From: Dehalococcoidia bacterium
GTDB lineage: Bacteria; Chloroflexota; Dehalococcoidia; Lucifugimonadales; JAGWBF01
Length of the DNA: 64,000 nt
Assembly (NCBI GenBank): GCA_965224415.1
Contig: CBDCZB010000004.1
Location: 801,660-865,659 of the forward strand
Direction: 5' to 3'
The translations under genes were made by a program, and so were the position numbers. Positions 41,554 to 52,919 of the stretch are shown piece after piece. The number at the start of each line of letters is the position of its first letter. Position 1 is the stretch's first letter. The notes below the pieces were generated by a model, which had not been told where the DNA came from, searched no databases, and was given only the letters and a program-made list of their open reading frames with translations.

Positions 41554-42783
41554 TTGGCCACGGTAGTTGCCATGCCGTCCATGGGCTACGACATGAAAGA
41601 GGGCATTGTCGTCCGTTGGCGCAAGAAAGAGGGCGAACAGGTAGCCCGAGGCGAGGTCATCGCCGAAATCGAGACCGACAAGGCCACCGTTGAAATGGAG
41701 GCCTACGCTTCCGGCGTACTCGGTAAGATCCTAGCCGAAGAAGGCGCCTCCATACCCGTCGGCGACCTCATCGCAGTCATCACCGCTCCAGGCGAAGAAG
41801 TCCCTCCCCTTGAGAGTCTGACCATAGAAACTCCACAGGAGGGCACTGCGGAAGCCGCTGAACCGGCCCCTCCCGTCGCTCAGGCCACCGTAGCCGCCCC
41901 CGATGCCCAGATGTCTGCTGCCCAGACCGGAAGAGTGGCGGCCACTCCCATTGCGCGCCGCCTCGCGATGGAACTGGGCGTAGACCTCGCCTTAGTGACG
42001 GGCACAGGACCGAACGGTCGCATCCAAGAGGAGGATGTACGCAACTTCACTCCTACGTCTCCAGTCGCTATTCCTGCGGCTGTCCCGCACCAGCCCAGGC
42101 CGGGAGAGCGAGTGGAGCTTTCCCGCATGAGGAAGGCCATTGCCGGGGTTACCGTGCAGAGCATGACCCAGGCACCCCACTTTTATGTAACCTCCGAAAT
42201 AGACATGACCAGGGCCATGTCGCTGCGCCGGGAGTTGAACGAAGCCCTAGGAGAAGGCGTTCGCGTCAGCGTCAACGACCTGATAGTAAAGGCATCGACG
42301 CTGGCCCTGGCAAAACACCCAAAGTTCAACTCGTCCTTCGAAGGAGACTCTCTCCAGGTGCATGGGGACATTAACGTGGGCATCGCCGTCGCTTTGGAGC
42401 AGGGCCTGATTGTGCCCGCGGTCAGCCAGTGCCAGGACAAGTCGCTGGCGGAAATAGCCGTCGCAAGCCGTGACCTGATTGACCGGGCCCACGGAGGCGC
42501 CCTCAGGGCTGAGGAGTACACGGGAGGCACCTTCGCGGTGAGCAACCTGGGCATGTTCGACGTGGACAGCTTCACGGCCATCATCTTCCCGCCCAACTCC
42601 GCAGTGCTGGCCGTGGGCGCCGTCAAGGAACAGCCCGTGGTGAGAGAAGGGGAGATAAAGGCGGCGCAAATCATGAAAGCCACCCTCTCCACCGACCACC
42701 GGGTGGCCGACGGAGCCGAGGCCGCCCAGTTCCTGATGGAAGTCAAGCGCTGCCTTGAGAACCCCGTGTCGCTTCTCCTCTAA
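41554..42783 (+). CDS. Dihydrolipoamide acyltransferase (E2)
   Basis: AAGGAGG RBS and TTG start. Lipoyl domain [12 protein letters not shown], peripheral-subunit-binding ATPIARRLA, catalytic DHRVADGA. Confidence 0.9.
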   Translation: MATVVAMPSMGYDMKEGIVVRWRKKEGEQVARGEVIAEIETDKATVEMEAYASGVLGKILAEEGASIPVGDLIAVITAPGEEVPPLESLTIETPQEGTAEAAEPAPPVAQATVAAPDAQMSAAQTGRVAATPIARRLAMELGVDLALVTGTGPNGRIQEEDVRNFTPTSPVAIPAAVPHQPRPGERVELSRMRKAIAGVTVQSMTQAPHFYVTSEIDMTRAMSLRRELNEALGEGVRVSVNDLIVKASTLALAKHPKFNSSFEGDSLQVHGDINVGIAVALEQGLIVPAVSQCQDKSLAEIAVASRDLIDRAHGGALRAEEYTGGTFAVSNLGMFDVDSFTAIIFPPNSAVLAVGAVKEQPVVREGEIKAAQIMKATLSTDHRVADGAEAAQFLMEVKRCLENPVSLLL

Positions 42784-42836
42784 ACTTCATCTAGGCCGAT
42801 AGACGGCCGGACACTACACTCGCCCGGAGGTTAGTT

Positions 42837-44474
42837 ATGGCCAAAATGACCGGAGGAAAAGCCGTTCTGGAGTCCCTGAAGGCCCACGGCGTCGACACCC
42901 TGTTCGGCATTATATCGGTGCACAACCTGGACCTGTACGACGCCTTGTTCGACCAAGAGGACTCCTTCCGCTATATCGGAGGCCGCATGGAGCTGGGCTG
43001 TGGCTTTATGGCCGACGGCTACTCCCGTGTCAGCGGCAAACCGGGCGTGCTGATAACCAGCACGGGGCCAGGGGCCGCCGACTCCATGGGCGCTATGGGC
43101 GAGGCCTACCACTCCGCCTGCCCCATCCTCCAAATCACTACCAACGTCGAGAGGGAGTTCATAAACTCCCGCCGGGGCGCCACCCACGAACCCAAGGACC
43201 AGGTTGAGATGTTCCAGTCCGTCACCGACTGGACCTCTCTGATAACGGAAGTGGATGGTATACCATACGCAGTCCACGAGGCTTTCCGGCGCTTCCGTGA
43301 ACGACGGCCCCGGCCCATAGAGTTGGAGCTGGCGACAGACGTCCTGGGAATGGAATCCGACGTGGAAATCGTGCCTCCCCTGGCCGCGAAACCGCCCCAC
43401 GGATACGAAGCGGAGATAGCCCAGGCCGCGGACATGCTCAAGGCGGCGAAACGGCCCGTCATTGTCGTGGGCGAGGAGGTGCAACACCACGGCGGGACTC
43501 AGGAGGTCATACGCCTGGCCGAAGCTATGGGCGCTCCGGTTGTAACCGCCGACGGGGGCAAGGGCGCGTTTCCGGAAGAGCATCCTCTCTCTTTAGGGCC
43601 TGCCTTGGGAGGACGCATCTGGGGCGTCAACCCGGTCCAGGAGTTCATCGCTGGATGTGACGCGGCGCTGGTTGTGGGGTCCGTTCTTCCTTACAGGTCC
43701 ACGGTGGGAGTGGGCCTCAAGATGCCCGCCAATCTCGTCCACGTACTGATGGACGACGAGGCTATAGGACGAAACTATCCGGCCGCCGTAGCCATTGCCG
43801 CCAACCCTCAACAAACCGTGGTCCAGATATTGGAGGCCGTCGGCTCAGGCGGATTCCACGTCGCCGACGGTTATCGAAAGGAATGCCAGGAACTCAAGGG
43901 CAGGATCGACTCCGGACTTGCCGAGCAGTGGCCCAACGAGGTGCGAACGTTGGAGGCCATTCGAGAGGCGCTGCCCAGGGACGCCATAACCGTCTGGGAC
44001 CCCACAGTGCCCACCAGCCGGGCAACAAGGGCTTTCGCCGCCTACCAGCCCCGCACCTTCATTTACCCTCACGGATGGGTCGGGCTGGGCTATGCCTTCC
44101 CCGCCGCCTTAGGAGCCAAGGCCGCCAGACCCGACGCGCCGGTGATATGTGTCACGGGAGACGGAGGCTTCCAGTACAACCTCCAGGAACTGGCAACCGC
44201 GTCTCAATACGGACTCAACCCCATCGTTCTGATGTTCAACGACAACGCCTGGGGCGTGTTGAAGCAGTACCAGCAGAACAACTTCAGTGGGAGGTACATC
44301 GGGACCGATCTGGTCAACCCTGACTTCGTCAAGCTGTTCGAGTCCTACGGGTTCGAAGGTGTAAAGGTGGAGTCGCTGGACCGGCTGACGAATGAGTTGG
44401 ACTCGGCAGTCAAGGCTGACAAGCTTAAACTGATAGAGGTCCAAATCCCCGACGGGTTCGCCGCTTTCCGTTAA
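42837..44474 (+). CDS. Thiamine-diphosphate-dependent enzyme (acetolactate synthase large-subunit-like)
   Basis: N-terminal Pyr domain (GVDTLFGI...), C-terminal ThDP motif GDGGFQYNLQELATA...NDNAWG. Confidence 0.8.
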   Translation: MAKMTGGKAVLESLKAHGVDTLFGIISVHNLDLYDALFDQEDSFRYIGGRMELGCGFMADGYSRVSGKPGVLITSTGPGAADSMGAMGEAYHSACPILQITTNVEREFINSRRGATHEPKDQVEMFQSVTDWTSLITEVDGIPYAVHEAFRRFRERRPRPIELELATDVLGMESDVEIVPPLAAKPPHGYEAEIAQAADMLKAAKRPVIVVGEEVQHHGGTQEVIRLAEAMGAPVVTADGGKGAFPEEHPLSLGPALGGRIWGVNPVQEFIAGCDAALVVGSVLPYRSTVGVGLKMPANLVHVLMDDEAIGRNYPAAVAIAANPQQTVVQILEAVGSGGFHVADGYRKECQELKGRIDSGLAEQWPNEVRTLEAIREALPRDAITVWDPTVPTSRATRAFAAYQPRTFIYPHGWVGLGYAFPAALGAKAARPDAPVICVTGDGGFQYNLQELATASQYGLNPIVLMFNDNAWGVLKQYQQNNFSGRYIGTDLVNPDFVKLFESYGFEGVKVESLDRLTNELDSAVKADKLKLIEVQIPDGFAAFR

Positions 44475-44506
44475 GGTCCGGTAAAGCCATGCTGAACCAC
44501 TGCTCT

Positions 44507-45442
44507 TCAGGCCGGTTTCGGTGAAGGCACAGGGACGCCGGGTATGTTTACCCTGATGCTTCCCAACACGTCGAAGGTGGTATAGAAGAGCGTGCGCCAG
44601 TCGTCGCCTCCGAAGGCGCAGTTGGTGGTCTGCTGCTCGTTGGTCAGAACCGTGCCCAGATGCTTTCCCGACGGGTCGATAATCCAGACTCCCCCTGACC
44701 CCGTGCAGTAGACGTTGCCTTCAACGTCCACCTTCATGCCGTCGGGCATCCCCGGTCTTTCGCCTCTCATGTCGCAAAAGACCCTATCAGAGTGCAGGTT
44801 CAACATGCCGTTGGCCTGGACGTCGAAAGCTCTGATGTGATGCCGCAGAGTGTCGTCCACGTAGAGAATCTTCTCATCCGGCGAAAAGGTCAGCCCGTTG
44901 GGGGTGACGAAATCCTTGACCAGCAGAGTCACTTCCCCGAGGTCAGGCGAGACTCGATAGACGCCGGCAAAGTCAAGGTCGCATCCTGGACGGGGAGCTC
45001 CGGGGTCGGTGAAGTAGATGCTTCCGTCGGACTTGACCACCACGTCGTTGGGCCGGTTGAAGCGGACGCCCCGATATCGGCTGGCGATGACGGTCTTGGG
45101 GCCTTCCGGCTCAAGCCGCGCCACCCTCCTGAGATATTGCTCGCAGGCCACGATGCGCCCCTGCTGGTCCCGGGTCAGCCCGTTGGCGTATTCGCTTGGC
45201 TCGTCGTGGAGGGTCACTCCCTCTCCCGGTGACCACTTCATACGCCGGTTGTTGGTGATGTCGGTGAACACAAGGCAACCCTGCTCGTGCATCCAAACGG
45301 GGCCTTCCGCACATGGGTGGATGTCGAACTTTCGCGAGTCCACGGTGGGGTCGTGGGGACCGTATCCCCGGCCCAACACCTCGATGTCCTCGTCGTGGGA
45401 TATGATGCGGTCAAGTTCCGGTGACAGCTTCTCAATGGGCAC
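44507..45442 (-). CDS. SMP-30/gluconolactonase/LRE-family protein
   Basis: 311 aa. EGPVW, RFNRPNDVVV..DGSIYFTDP, PNGLTFSPD and PDGMKVD repeats are typical of the six-bladed SMP-30 propeller. Confidence 0.85.
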   Translation of the reverse strand: MPIEKLSPELDRIISHDEDIEVLGRGYGPHDPTVDSRKFDIHPCAEGPVWMHEQGCLVFTDITNNRRMKWSPGEGVTLHDEPSEYANGLTRDQQGRIVACEQYLRRVARLEPEGPKTVIASRYRGVRFNRPNDVVVKSDGSIYFTDPGAPRPGCDLDFAGVYRVSPDLGEVTLLVKDFVTPNGLTFSPDEKILYVDDTLRHHIRAFDVQANGMLNLHSDRVFCDMRGERPGMPDGMKVDVEGNVYCTGSGGVWIIDPSGKHLGTVLTNEQQTTNCAFGGDDWRTLFYTTFDVLGSIRVNIPGVPVPSPKPA

Positions 45443-45508
45443 AATCGCCTCCCTATGTCGGTCGTTAGGAGCCAGGATTGCGGCACATGTCCGCCCAGCT
45501 CCGTCACC

Positions 45509-46474
45509 CTAAATGCTCATGACCACTTTGATTATGTTGTCCGCCCTCTGTTCGTACATATCGTAGGCCTGCTGCACGTCGTCAAAGCCCATCCTGTGGG
45601 TCACGAACTGCCCAGGGTCAATCCATCCCCTCTCCCTGAGCCGGACCATTTCTTTGATGTGAGTGAGGGGGTCTCCACTGGCTCCCCCAACGGTGGGTAT
45701 GATGGTGGGCTGCTTGGTAAGCAACTGCATATGGTCTTCCAGCAGCACATGGTTGTCGTCCTGCGAGGCAAAGATAATGACTTTGCCGAACTTCTTCACC
45801 AACCGGAAGCAGTCGTTGAAGGCCTCGTGGGTGCCAGCCGCATCCACGACTATGTCGGCGCCTTCCCCTTCCGTGAGTTCCTGGACAGCTTCGACGATGT
45901 TCTCCCTGTCCGGGTTGACCGTATAGGCGCCGGACAGTTTTTGCGACATTTCCAAGCGGAAGTCTACGGGGTCCGACGCTATCACGTCCTTGGCGCCTTG
46001 CCTTGCCGTTATCATGGCAAAGCTCAGCCCGATGCCGCCCTGACCCAGGACCACAACTCTCTTGCCTAGAACGTTGCCCATCTGCTGCACGGAGTAGAGG
46101 ACGGTCCCGGAGTGTTGGCACATCACCCATTCGTCCAAGGGCCCGTGGTCGGGCACGGGTATCATCCTGCCCGGCTTGGAGGTCATATACTCCACCAGAC
46201 CGCCCCGCCCTGACGGGAGTACGATAACGCGCTGCCCTTCTTTGATTTCGTCAGTTCGGCTTTCCACCACGACGCCCGCACACTCGTGGTTGGGCGCGCC
46301 GATGGTCTGAGGGTACTCCTCTTCCGGGCGTTCGCGGACGTAGACGTTGTGGATGTCACTGCCGCAGATGGAAACCTTCTCCATTTTGATGAGACACTCG
46401 CCTTCCTCTGGGGTGGGCGCCGGCGTCTCTACGAATTCGAACCGTTTGAATCCAGCCAATCTTGCCGCTTTCAA
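45509..46474 (-). CDS. Zinc-dependent medium-chain alcohol/polyol dehydrogenase
   Basis: SICGSDIH catalytic Zn motif region and Rossmann VVVLGQGGIGL. Confidence 0.8.
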   Translation of the reverse strand: MKAARLAGFKRFEFVETPAPTPEEGECLIKMEKVSICGSDIHNVYVRERPEEEYPQTIGAPNHECAGVVVESRTDEIKEGQRVIVLPSGRGGLVEYMTSKPGRMIPVPDHGPLDEWVMCQHSGTVLYSVQQMGNVLGKRVVVLGQGGIGLSFAMITARQGAKDVIASDPVDFRLEMSQKLSGAYTVNPDRENIVEAVQELTEGEGADIVVDAAGTHEAFNDCFRLVKKFGKVIIFASQDDNHVLLEDHMQLLTKQPTIIPTVGGASGDPLTHIKEMVRLRERGWIDPGQFVTHRMGFDDVQQAYDMYEQRADNIIKVVMSI

Positions 46475-46588
46475 CGCTGCACCTCGCTCAAATCAATATC
46501 GGGAGTCCGGGGTGGGGAAGAGCTAAAACTATAGTCCAGCATCGATAAGTTGTCCAGAAGCTTACCCAAGGAGGCCAGGCGGACGGCG

Positions 46589-47014
46589 TTACGCGGGACG
46601 CTGCAGAAACGCGAACGGGTTAATGACCCGGAGACCGTCGTAGTCCTGCTCGACGCTCAGGTCTTCCGAGTACACGGCGTCGCAGCCAGTGGAGCGCGCA
46701 GCGGCAAGAATAGCGCCGTCCCAATAGGACAACCCGAAGCGTTGGCTGATTGACACAGCATCTCGGAACAACTCTACGGTAACGGGCAGGACTGGGAATC
46801 TGGTTATAGACTCGATAAAGCGCAAGGCTTGTTCGTGGGTTATCGACCCTGGACGGCTAGAGCGAGTTGACTGATGGTAGAACTCTTGGAGAACCTGCGT
46901 TGATATGGTTAGGTCTGGCTCTTGTAACAGACTTTGCGCCGTGCGGCGTTTTTCCGCATCTTCAGGGATGGGGCTAACAGCGTATATTAGGACGTTGGTG
47001 TCAACAAAGCGCAT
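46589..47014 (-). CDS. vapC: PIN-domain toxin VapC
   Basis: MRFVDTNVLIYAV N-terminus (first acidic residue) and a later acidic motif ...YWDGAILAAA. 141 aa. Confidence 0.8.
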   Translation of the reverse strand: MRFVDTNVLIYAVSPIPEDAEKRRTAQSLLQEPDLTISTQVLQEFYHQSTRSSRPGSITHEQALRFIESITRFPVLPVTVELFRDAVSISQRFGLSYWDGAILAAARSTGCDAVYSEDLSVEQDYDGLRVINPFAFLQRPA

Positions 47015-47142
47015 TGCAGTTGTACAGACCCTCCGAGGGGACGTTGTCGCCCATTCCCTGTCGGTGGCCTTTCCCGGTGATTTCCTTGATGCTCTCGTTC
47101 AGCAGTTGAATCCGGCATTAACGAGCCGTCTCCACCTGCAGA

Positions 47143-47475
47143 TTATTGGTCTGGGCTTTCTCGACGTCCATGGCCCAACATTTCCCTTCGGGCCGCTTCT
47201 CGATCGTACAGGGCTTCCCGAGGCAAATTGTCAGACGCCTTGAATCCGCTGTTGTTTTTTCGGATATCTTCAAAGACCTCGTTCATCAGCCTGACTTGAC
47301 GTTCAAGCGCCGTCTCCGACTCCTCCTCTTCAGCTGATGCTCCGTTGGCGCCATCGGTGATCAGGCTTCTCAGATAGTCGCGCACCAACGCCGACACCGA
47401 TGTGCCGAGCTCCGCCGCTCGGATGCGAGCCCGGCGGTGCGTTTCCTCATCAACGGATACGGTGATATTCTTCAT
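47143..47475 (-). CDS. Ribbon-helix-helix (CopG/VapB-like) antitoxin
   Basis: MKNITVSVDEETHRRARIRAAELGTSVSALVRDYL is an RHH fold signature. Upstream of vapC on the same strand, but separated from it by 128 bp. Confidence 0.65.
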   Translation of the reverse strand: MKNITVSVDEETHRRARIRAAELGTSVSALVRDYLRSLITDGANGASAEEEESETALERQVRLMNEVFEDIRKNNSGFKASDNLPREALYDREAARREMLGHGRRESPDQ

Positions 47476-47647
47476 GCCAGTGTCCTCACAGTTTCTGTGA
47501 TTCACAGTATATGTGTAGCACAGTAAAGGTGCAACTCTGGCTCGCGACTTTTCGAAGTTGTACGCAATTCACGGACGGACAAGGTGGAACCTACGCCGCG
47601 ATTGCCCGGAGTACGGCTATAGCGTATATTTTAGGGACTTATATACC

Positions 47648-48873
47648 TAGTACTCAGTCAACTTGGTTTTAGCATTTGTTTAAGAAAACGGACAATTAGG
47701 CTATCCTGCCTTGTGGGAAGTGTTGTTGGCGGGGGTGGCGGTGATGGTCAGGGACAAGCATTCGGTGCGGCTGGCGCTGGAACAACGAGAAGAACTCCAG
47801 CGTCTGATTCGGGTTGGGAAACACCCGGCCCGAATCACCGCCAGGGCCCGGATTCTCCTCAAGAGCGACGACGGTTGGCCTGCTCCCCAAGTGGCTGAAG
47901 CCCTGGATGTGGCCCTGGGCACAGTGTACCGGGTCAAGCGGCGCTTTACCGAAGAAGGGTTGTCCGGGGTTCTGAAGGACCGTCCCCAGGCCAACCGGCG
48001 CCGGAAGCTGGACGACCGGGGCGAGGCCCACTTGATCGCCCTGGCCTGCAGCCCGCCGCCGGCAGGGCATGACCACTGGACCCTGCGCCTGCTGGCTGGC
48101 AAGGTGGTGGAGTTGAAGTTGGCCTCCTCCATGTCTCACGAAGGGGTGCGCAAGCGTCTCAAAAAAACGCTCTCAAGCCCTGGCAGAAGAGGGAATCGCG
48201 CATTACCAAGGTGAGCGCGGAGTTCGTGGCCAACATGGAGGACCTGCTGGACCTCTATGCCGAACCCTATGACCACCGACGGCCGGTGGTCTGCTTTTAC
48301 GAGACATCGACCCAGTTGTTGGCCGAGACGCGGCCATCTCTGCCGACCCGGCCCGGAATTCCGCTTCGGCAGGACTACGAGCACCGGAGGGAGGGCGTCC
48401 GCAACCTGTTCCTGGCCTGTGAGCCGCTGGCGGGCTGGCGTCACGTGGCGGTGACCCGGCGGCGCACCATGGAGGACTTCGCCCATCAGATGCGTTGGCT
48501 GGTGGACGAAGCTTACCCGGAGACGCCGGTGGTGAGGGTGGTCATGGACAACCTGAACACGCACCGTCCGGCGTCCCTGTACGAGACGTTCCCGGCGGCA
48601 GAGGCCCGGCGGATTGCCAAGCGGCTGGAGTTCCACTACACCCCCAAGCACGGGAGTTGGTTGAACATGGCGGAAATCGAGTTCAGCGTACTATCCCGAT
48701 CCTGCTTGAAGCAGCGACTCCCCGACGAGGAGACGCTCCGGCGGGAAGTCCAGGCCCTGGTTAAGGAACGCAACGCCGCCCAAGCCACCATCCACTGGAG
48801 GTTCAACACCCAGGACGCCCGGACCAAACTTCACCGGCTTTACCCTTTTGATTCCAAAGTTGACTGACTACTA
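47648..48873 (+). mobile_element. IS630-family insertion sequence, copy 2 (diverged from copy 1)
   Basis: IRs TAGTACTCAGTCAACTTGG / CCAAAGTTGACTGACTACTA with TA at both junctions. Confidence 0.85.
47711..48867 (+). CDS. IS630-family transposase, probably inactive (frameshifted; first catalytic Asp replaced)
   Basis: Two ORFs join by a -1 shift on A7 (48161..48167). VVCFYETS where copy 1 has VVCFDETS, and ESRIT where copy 1 has QWCIP. Confidence 0.75.
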
Positions 48874-49135
48874 GTGGGCGGTAAGTTGGGCCAACCTCGC
48901 GGGATGCTGACAATTCCCCAGCGACGGCGACGAGTCGGCCTCACTGATAACCCACTTTCCCACGAACATCTGCTTTTTCAAGAGACCCCTACCCCGCCTT
49001 TTACATGTCACCTATGTTCATAGATAACCTGTTACTCCTCTACCCGGTTCATACCTGCCCCAACCATTTCTCTACCTTCTCTCTGCGATGGTAGAAGAGC
49101 AGGGGGGCGATAGATTATGGACTAGAGACCCAGTC

Positions 49136-50398
49136 CTACGGAGCCGACGCACCCTCCGAGTACGAGGGAAGGTCGTCAGCCGGCTCACTCTCATAGGGCG
49201 CGTACCCCGCGTTGCGCAGCCGTTCCCATACCTCCACGGTGTGAGCATAGTTCCTAGTCTCCAGAGTAAGCTGGATCTCTACTTGGCCCATGTGCACCGA
49301 TGGGGCATGCCTGAGATGGCCTATGTCCAGCACATTCGCTTCGGAGCTGGATACGATGTTTAGCAGACGGTTCAGCTGACCGGGACGGTCCTCCAACGTG
49401 ACGCGCAGCACGACGTAGCGGCCAGCGTGGGCGAGGCCGTGCTCCACCACCCGCGCAATCAGGTGAGCGTCCACGTTCCCACCGCTAAGCACTACTGCCA
49501 CCCTCTCGCCAGCGACCTGGATCCTGCCTCCCAACACGGCGGCAAGTCCAACCGCACCGGCCCCTTCCACCAGCAGCTTGCCTCTCTCCAGGAGCAGCAT
49601 CATGGCCTGCGTGATCTCGTCCTCCTCGACTACGACCATATCGTCGATGTAGCGTGAAACCAGCGGAAGGGTGATCCTGCCCGGCGTTCCCACGGCAATG
49701 CCATCGGCCACAGTGGCCTGTCCCTTGACGGTGATGCGCCGGTTGGCCTTGTACGAGTCGACAACGGCGGTGGCTGCCTTGGCCTGCACTCCTATCACCC
49801 TGACTCCGGGTGCGGTCTCCTTTATGGCCAGGCCGATGCCCGATATCAAGCCTCCCCCTCCCACGGGTACTACAACCGTGTCCAGGTTCTCCGCCTGCTC
49901 AAGCATCTCCAGGCCAATGGTCCCCTGCCCTGCTACAATCGCCGGGTCGTCGAAGGCGGGGATGAAGGTCATGCCGTTTTCCCGCATGATGCGCCGGGCG
50001 TGTCTCTGGGCCTGGTCGAAGTCATCGCCTTGGAGGATCACCGTTGCGCCGTAGCCCCGGGTCGCCTCCACCTTGGGGAGGGAAGCGCCCGTGGGCATTA
50101 CGATGGTGCAGGGTATGCCAAGATTGGCGGCCGCCAAGGCAACTCCTTGGGCGTGGTTGCCGGCGCTTGCGGCAATTACGCCCCTGGCCCTTTGGTCTGG
50201 ACTCAAGACAGCGATCTTGTTGGCGGCGCCCCGGACCTTGAAGGAGCCCGCTCTCTGTAGGTTCTCTGCCTTTAGGAGGAGCTCACACCCCGCCAAACGG
50301 CCCAGAGAGTGCGCGGGCAACATGGGCGTTCTGAGCGCCAAATGAGCGATGGCGTTCCGGGCCTGCTGAATGTCCTGGAGGGTTACAGAAGGCCTCAT
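49136..50398 (-). CDS. ilvA: Threonine ammonia-lyase (threonine dehydratase)
   Basis: AAGGAGG RBS before ATG 50398. PLP-lysine motif GSFKVRGA, GGGGLISG loop, single C-terminal ACT-like domain. Confidence 0.85.
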   Translation of the reverse strand: MRPSVTLQDIQQARNAIAHLALRTPMLPAHSLGRLAGCELLLKAENLQRAGSFKVRGAANKIAVLSPDQRARGVIAASAGNHAQGVALAAANLGIPCTIVMPTGASLPKVEATRGYGATVILQGDDFDQAQRHARRIMRENGMTFIPAFDDPAIVAGQGTIGLEMLEQAENLDTVVVPVGGGGLISGIGLAIKETAPGVRVIGVQAKAATAVVDSYKANRRITVKGQATVADGIAVGTPGRITLPLVSRYIDDMVVVEEDEITQAMMLLLERGKLLVEGAGAVGLAAVLGGRIQVAGERVAVVLSGGNVDAHLIARVVEHGLAHAGRYVVLRVTLEDRPGQLNRLLNIVSSSEANVLDIGHLRHAPSVHMGQVEIQLTLETRNYAHTVEVWERLRNAGYAPYESEPADDLPSYSEGASAP

Positions 50399-50665
50399 CT
50401 TCGACCTCCTTTGCCGTGAGGCACTCTCGGAAAAGGGAACTGGGAAGATGCGAGAACGGACAAGGCTTCCCACGGATGCAGATGTCGAAGAATAGTATAA
50501 CCGACGGAACATCCGGCAGGGGCCACAGCTTCGTCAGGCATGCGCTTTTTCAAACTACCGTGACTTTAGATTGAGACAGCCGTGAGACGTTGCTCATATC
50601 CCCAAACAGCGACGTGGTGTACACACACGGGCATTTTGACCTGGCGTTGACACCCCTTGACGGGT

Positions 50666-52648
50666 CTAGCCGGCCTTCAGGGCCGTCAGCTTGCTGTCGA
50701 CGTTCTCCGCCTCCAACGCCAACCTCTCCCACTCATCCCAGAGGGACTGCACCTCCTCTTTGAGCACACGGTACTGCTCTCCTGAAGAGACAATCTGAGT
50801 GGGCTCGTCAAACAGGTCGGGGCTGGAGAACATGGCCTCCAATTCCGCAATGCGGGTCTCGTGGTCAACCAGGGAGACATTGATATTCTCTATCTGCATC
50901 GCGAGTCTGCGGGCCTCTATTGTAAGCGACCGGCGCTGCCGCTCCTCGGCGCCGGTCGGCTGACCGGAGCGGCTCATAGCCTGGCCTCGTTTTGCACCAT
51001 CTCGGGCGGTCCCATTGGCCCTTGCGTTGGCGCTCCTCTTATCGGTCTCAGTCTGCTTTCGGTAGAGATAACTGTCGTAGTCTCCGGGGAAAACCGTGGG
51101 CCGGCCGCCGTCTATCTCTACAATCTTGTTTGCAACCTGACGTATTAGAGTGCGGTCGTGGGTAATGAAACAGATAGTGCCGTGATAATCGCCAAGGGCG
51201 TCTGCGAGAATTTCCCTGGAAACGATGTCAAGGTGATTGGTCGGCTCATCCATGAGGAGCAGGTTGGTTGGCTGAAGGAGCAGCTTAGCCAGGGCCACCC
51301 GGGCCTTTTCACCGCCGGACAGCACGGAAATAGGCTTGCGCACATCGTCGCCGCTGAACAGAAAGCCGCCGAGGGTCGTGCGCAGGTTCTGCTCCGACTC
51401 CGTTGGCGCGGACTGCTGCAATTCCTCAATGAGTGTATTGTTCGGGTTGAGGAGTTCAAGCACGTGCTGGGCGTAATACGTAGTAACGACGTTGTGGCCG
51501 GTCTTTCTTTCCCCCTCATCAACCGAGACGACGCCTGCAAGTATCTTCAACATGGTGGTCTTCCCGGCCCCGTTCGGTCCGACCAGTGCAACACGGTCGC
51601 CGCGCGAAAGCGTCAGGTTCATGCCTCGGTAGACCACGATATCGCCGTAGGACTTGCTTACATTGGTCAGTTTTATGACCTCGGAACCGCTACGCGGGGG
51701 CTCCGGGAAGGAGTAGCGTACCTTCCTAGTGGCCCTTGGCAACTTGATGATCTGTATTTTCTCGAGTTGCTTCAAACGGCTTTGCACCTGGCTGGCCTTC
51801 GTTGCCTTGGAGCGAAACTGTTCCACAAAGCGCATTTGCTTATCTATCTCGCGCTGCTGCCTGGCGGAGGCTGCCCGCTTGTTCTGAAGTGTGCTCTCGC
51901 GTGCAACGAGGTAATCGTGATAGTTGCCCGTGTGAAGCGCCACCTCATCCGGCTCTATGGCAAGAACCTTGGTTGCGGTCTGATTCAGAAAAGCGCGATC
52001 GTGAGATGTGACGAGCGCGCCGCCTTGAAAATTGGCCAGGTATTTCTCAAACCACAAGTTTGCATCAAGGTCCAGGTGGTTGGTTGGCTCGTCAAGGAGC
52101 AAGAGATTGGGCTTCTTGAACAGAATTCTGGCCAGGCCTGCCCGCATGACCCAACCACCGCTGAACTCACTCATTGGCCGGAGAAAGTCACCCTGCTTAA
52201 AGCCAAGGCCTGAGAGGATCGCCTTGGCCTCGTGCTCACTGTCGTCTCCACCAGCGGCCTCCAAAGCCAAGTCAAGCTTGCTGAGGCGGTCCAGCAGATA
52301 GCCTTGGCGCAAGGGGTCGGTCTCCGATGACAGCGCTTCCTGTGCGTCGGAAATCTTGACGACGAGGGCGTTCACCTCGGAGCGGGCGTCCAACACCTCT
52401 TCAAGCAGAGGATTGTCGGTAAACGACGCTGGTTCCTGCTTGAGATAGCCCATAGTAACGTTGCGCCGCTTGGATATGCTCCCAGTTTCCGGGGCGGTCT
52501 CGCCTGCCAGGATATCCATGAGCGTGGTCTTCCCGGAGCCGTTTGGGCCTACCAGTGCAATACGGTCCCCGGCGGCTATGCTCAGTGTGAGCCCACTGAA
52601 CAGGGTCCTGTTTGAGTAGACTTTGCTGATGTCGGATACAAATAGCAT
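50666..52648 (-). CDS. ABC-F family ATPase (Uup/YheS-like)
   Basis: Two ABC cassettes (GPNGSGKTT / GPNGAGKTT; LSGGW / LSGGEKARV) with no TM domain, plus a C-terminal coiled coil. Confidence 0.9.
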   Translation of the reverse strand: MLFVSDISKVYSNRTLFSGLTLSIAAGDRIALVGPNGSGKTTLMDILAGETAPETGSISKRRNVTMGYLKQEPASFTDNPLLEEVLDARSEVNALVVKISDAQEALSSETDPLRQGYLLDRLSKLDLALEAAGGDDSEHEAKAILSGLGFKQGDFLRPMSEFSGGWVMRAGLARILFKKPNLLLLDEPTNHLDLDANLWFEKYLANFQGGALVTSHDRAFLNQTATKVLAIEPDEVALHTGNYHDYLVARESTLQNKRAASARQQREIDKQMRFVEQFRSKATKASQVQSRLKQLEKIQIIKLPRATRKVRYSFPEPPRSGSEVIKLTNVSKSYGDIVVYRGMNLTLSRGDRVALVGPNGAGKTTMLKILAGVVSVDEGERKTGHNVVTTYYAQHVLELLNPNNTLIEELQQSAPTESEQNLRTTLGGFLFSGDDVRKPISVLSGGEKARVALAKLLLQPTNLLLMDEPTNHLDIVSREILADALGDYHGTICFITHDRTLIRQVANKIVEIDGGRPTVFPGDYDSYLYRKQTETDKRSANARANGTARDGAKRGQAMSRSGQPTGAEERQRRSLTIEARRLAMQIENINVSLVDHETRIAELEAMFSSPDLFDEPTQIVSSGEQYRVLKEEVQSLWDEWERLALEAENVDSKLTALKAG

Positions 52649-52919
52649 ATCGTTTTACCCAAACTATCATACTATCCGCAGGAAGTACGTGCAGGAACAG
52701 GCGCGTGGTTATTGAGATTGCCCGGAAGTGGTGGGCCGTAGTGGACTGTACTACGAACTTTGACGCTGCTGGAAGACGTGGTACTGCGGACATGGGCGGC
52801 AAGGCCACCCATGCCGCTCTCGTTGTGATCTTGCAGTGCCGGAGTTTGGTTCGCCTGCCAGAACGAGCCACATCTCGAAGGTGGTTCTATCTATCATCAA
52901 GTTTGGTGGGGAGGTGGGG

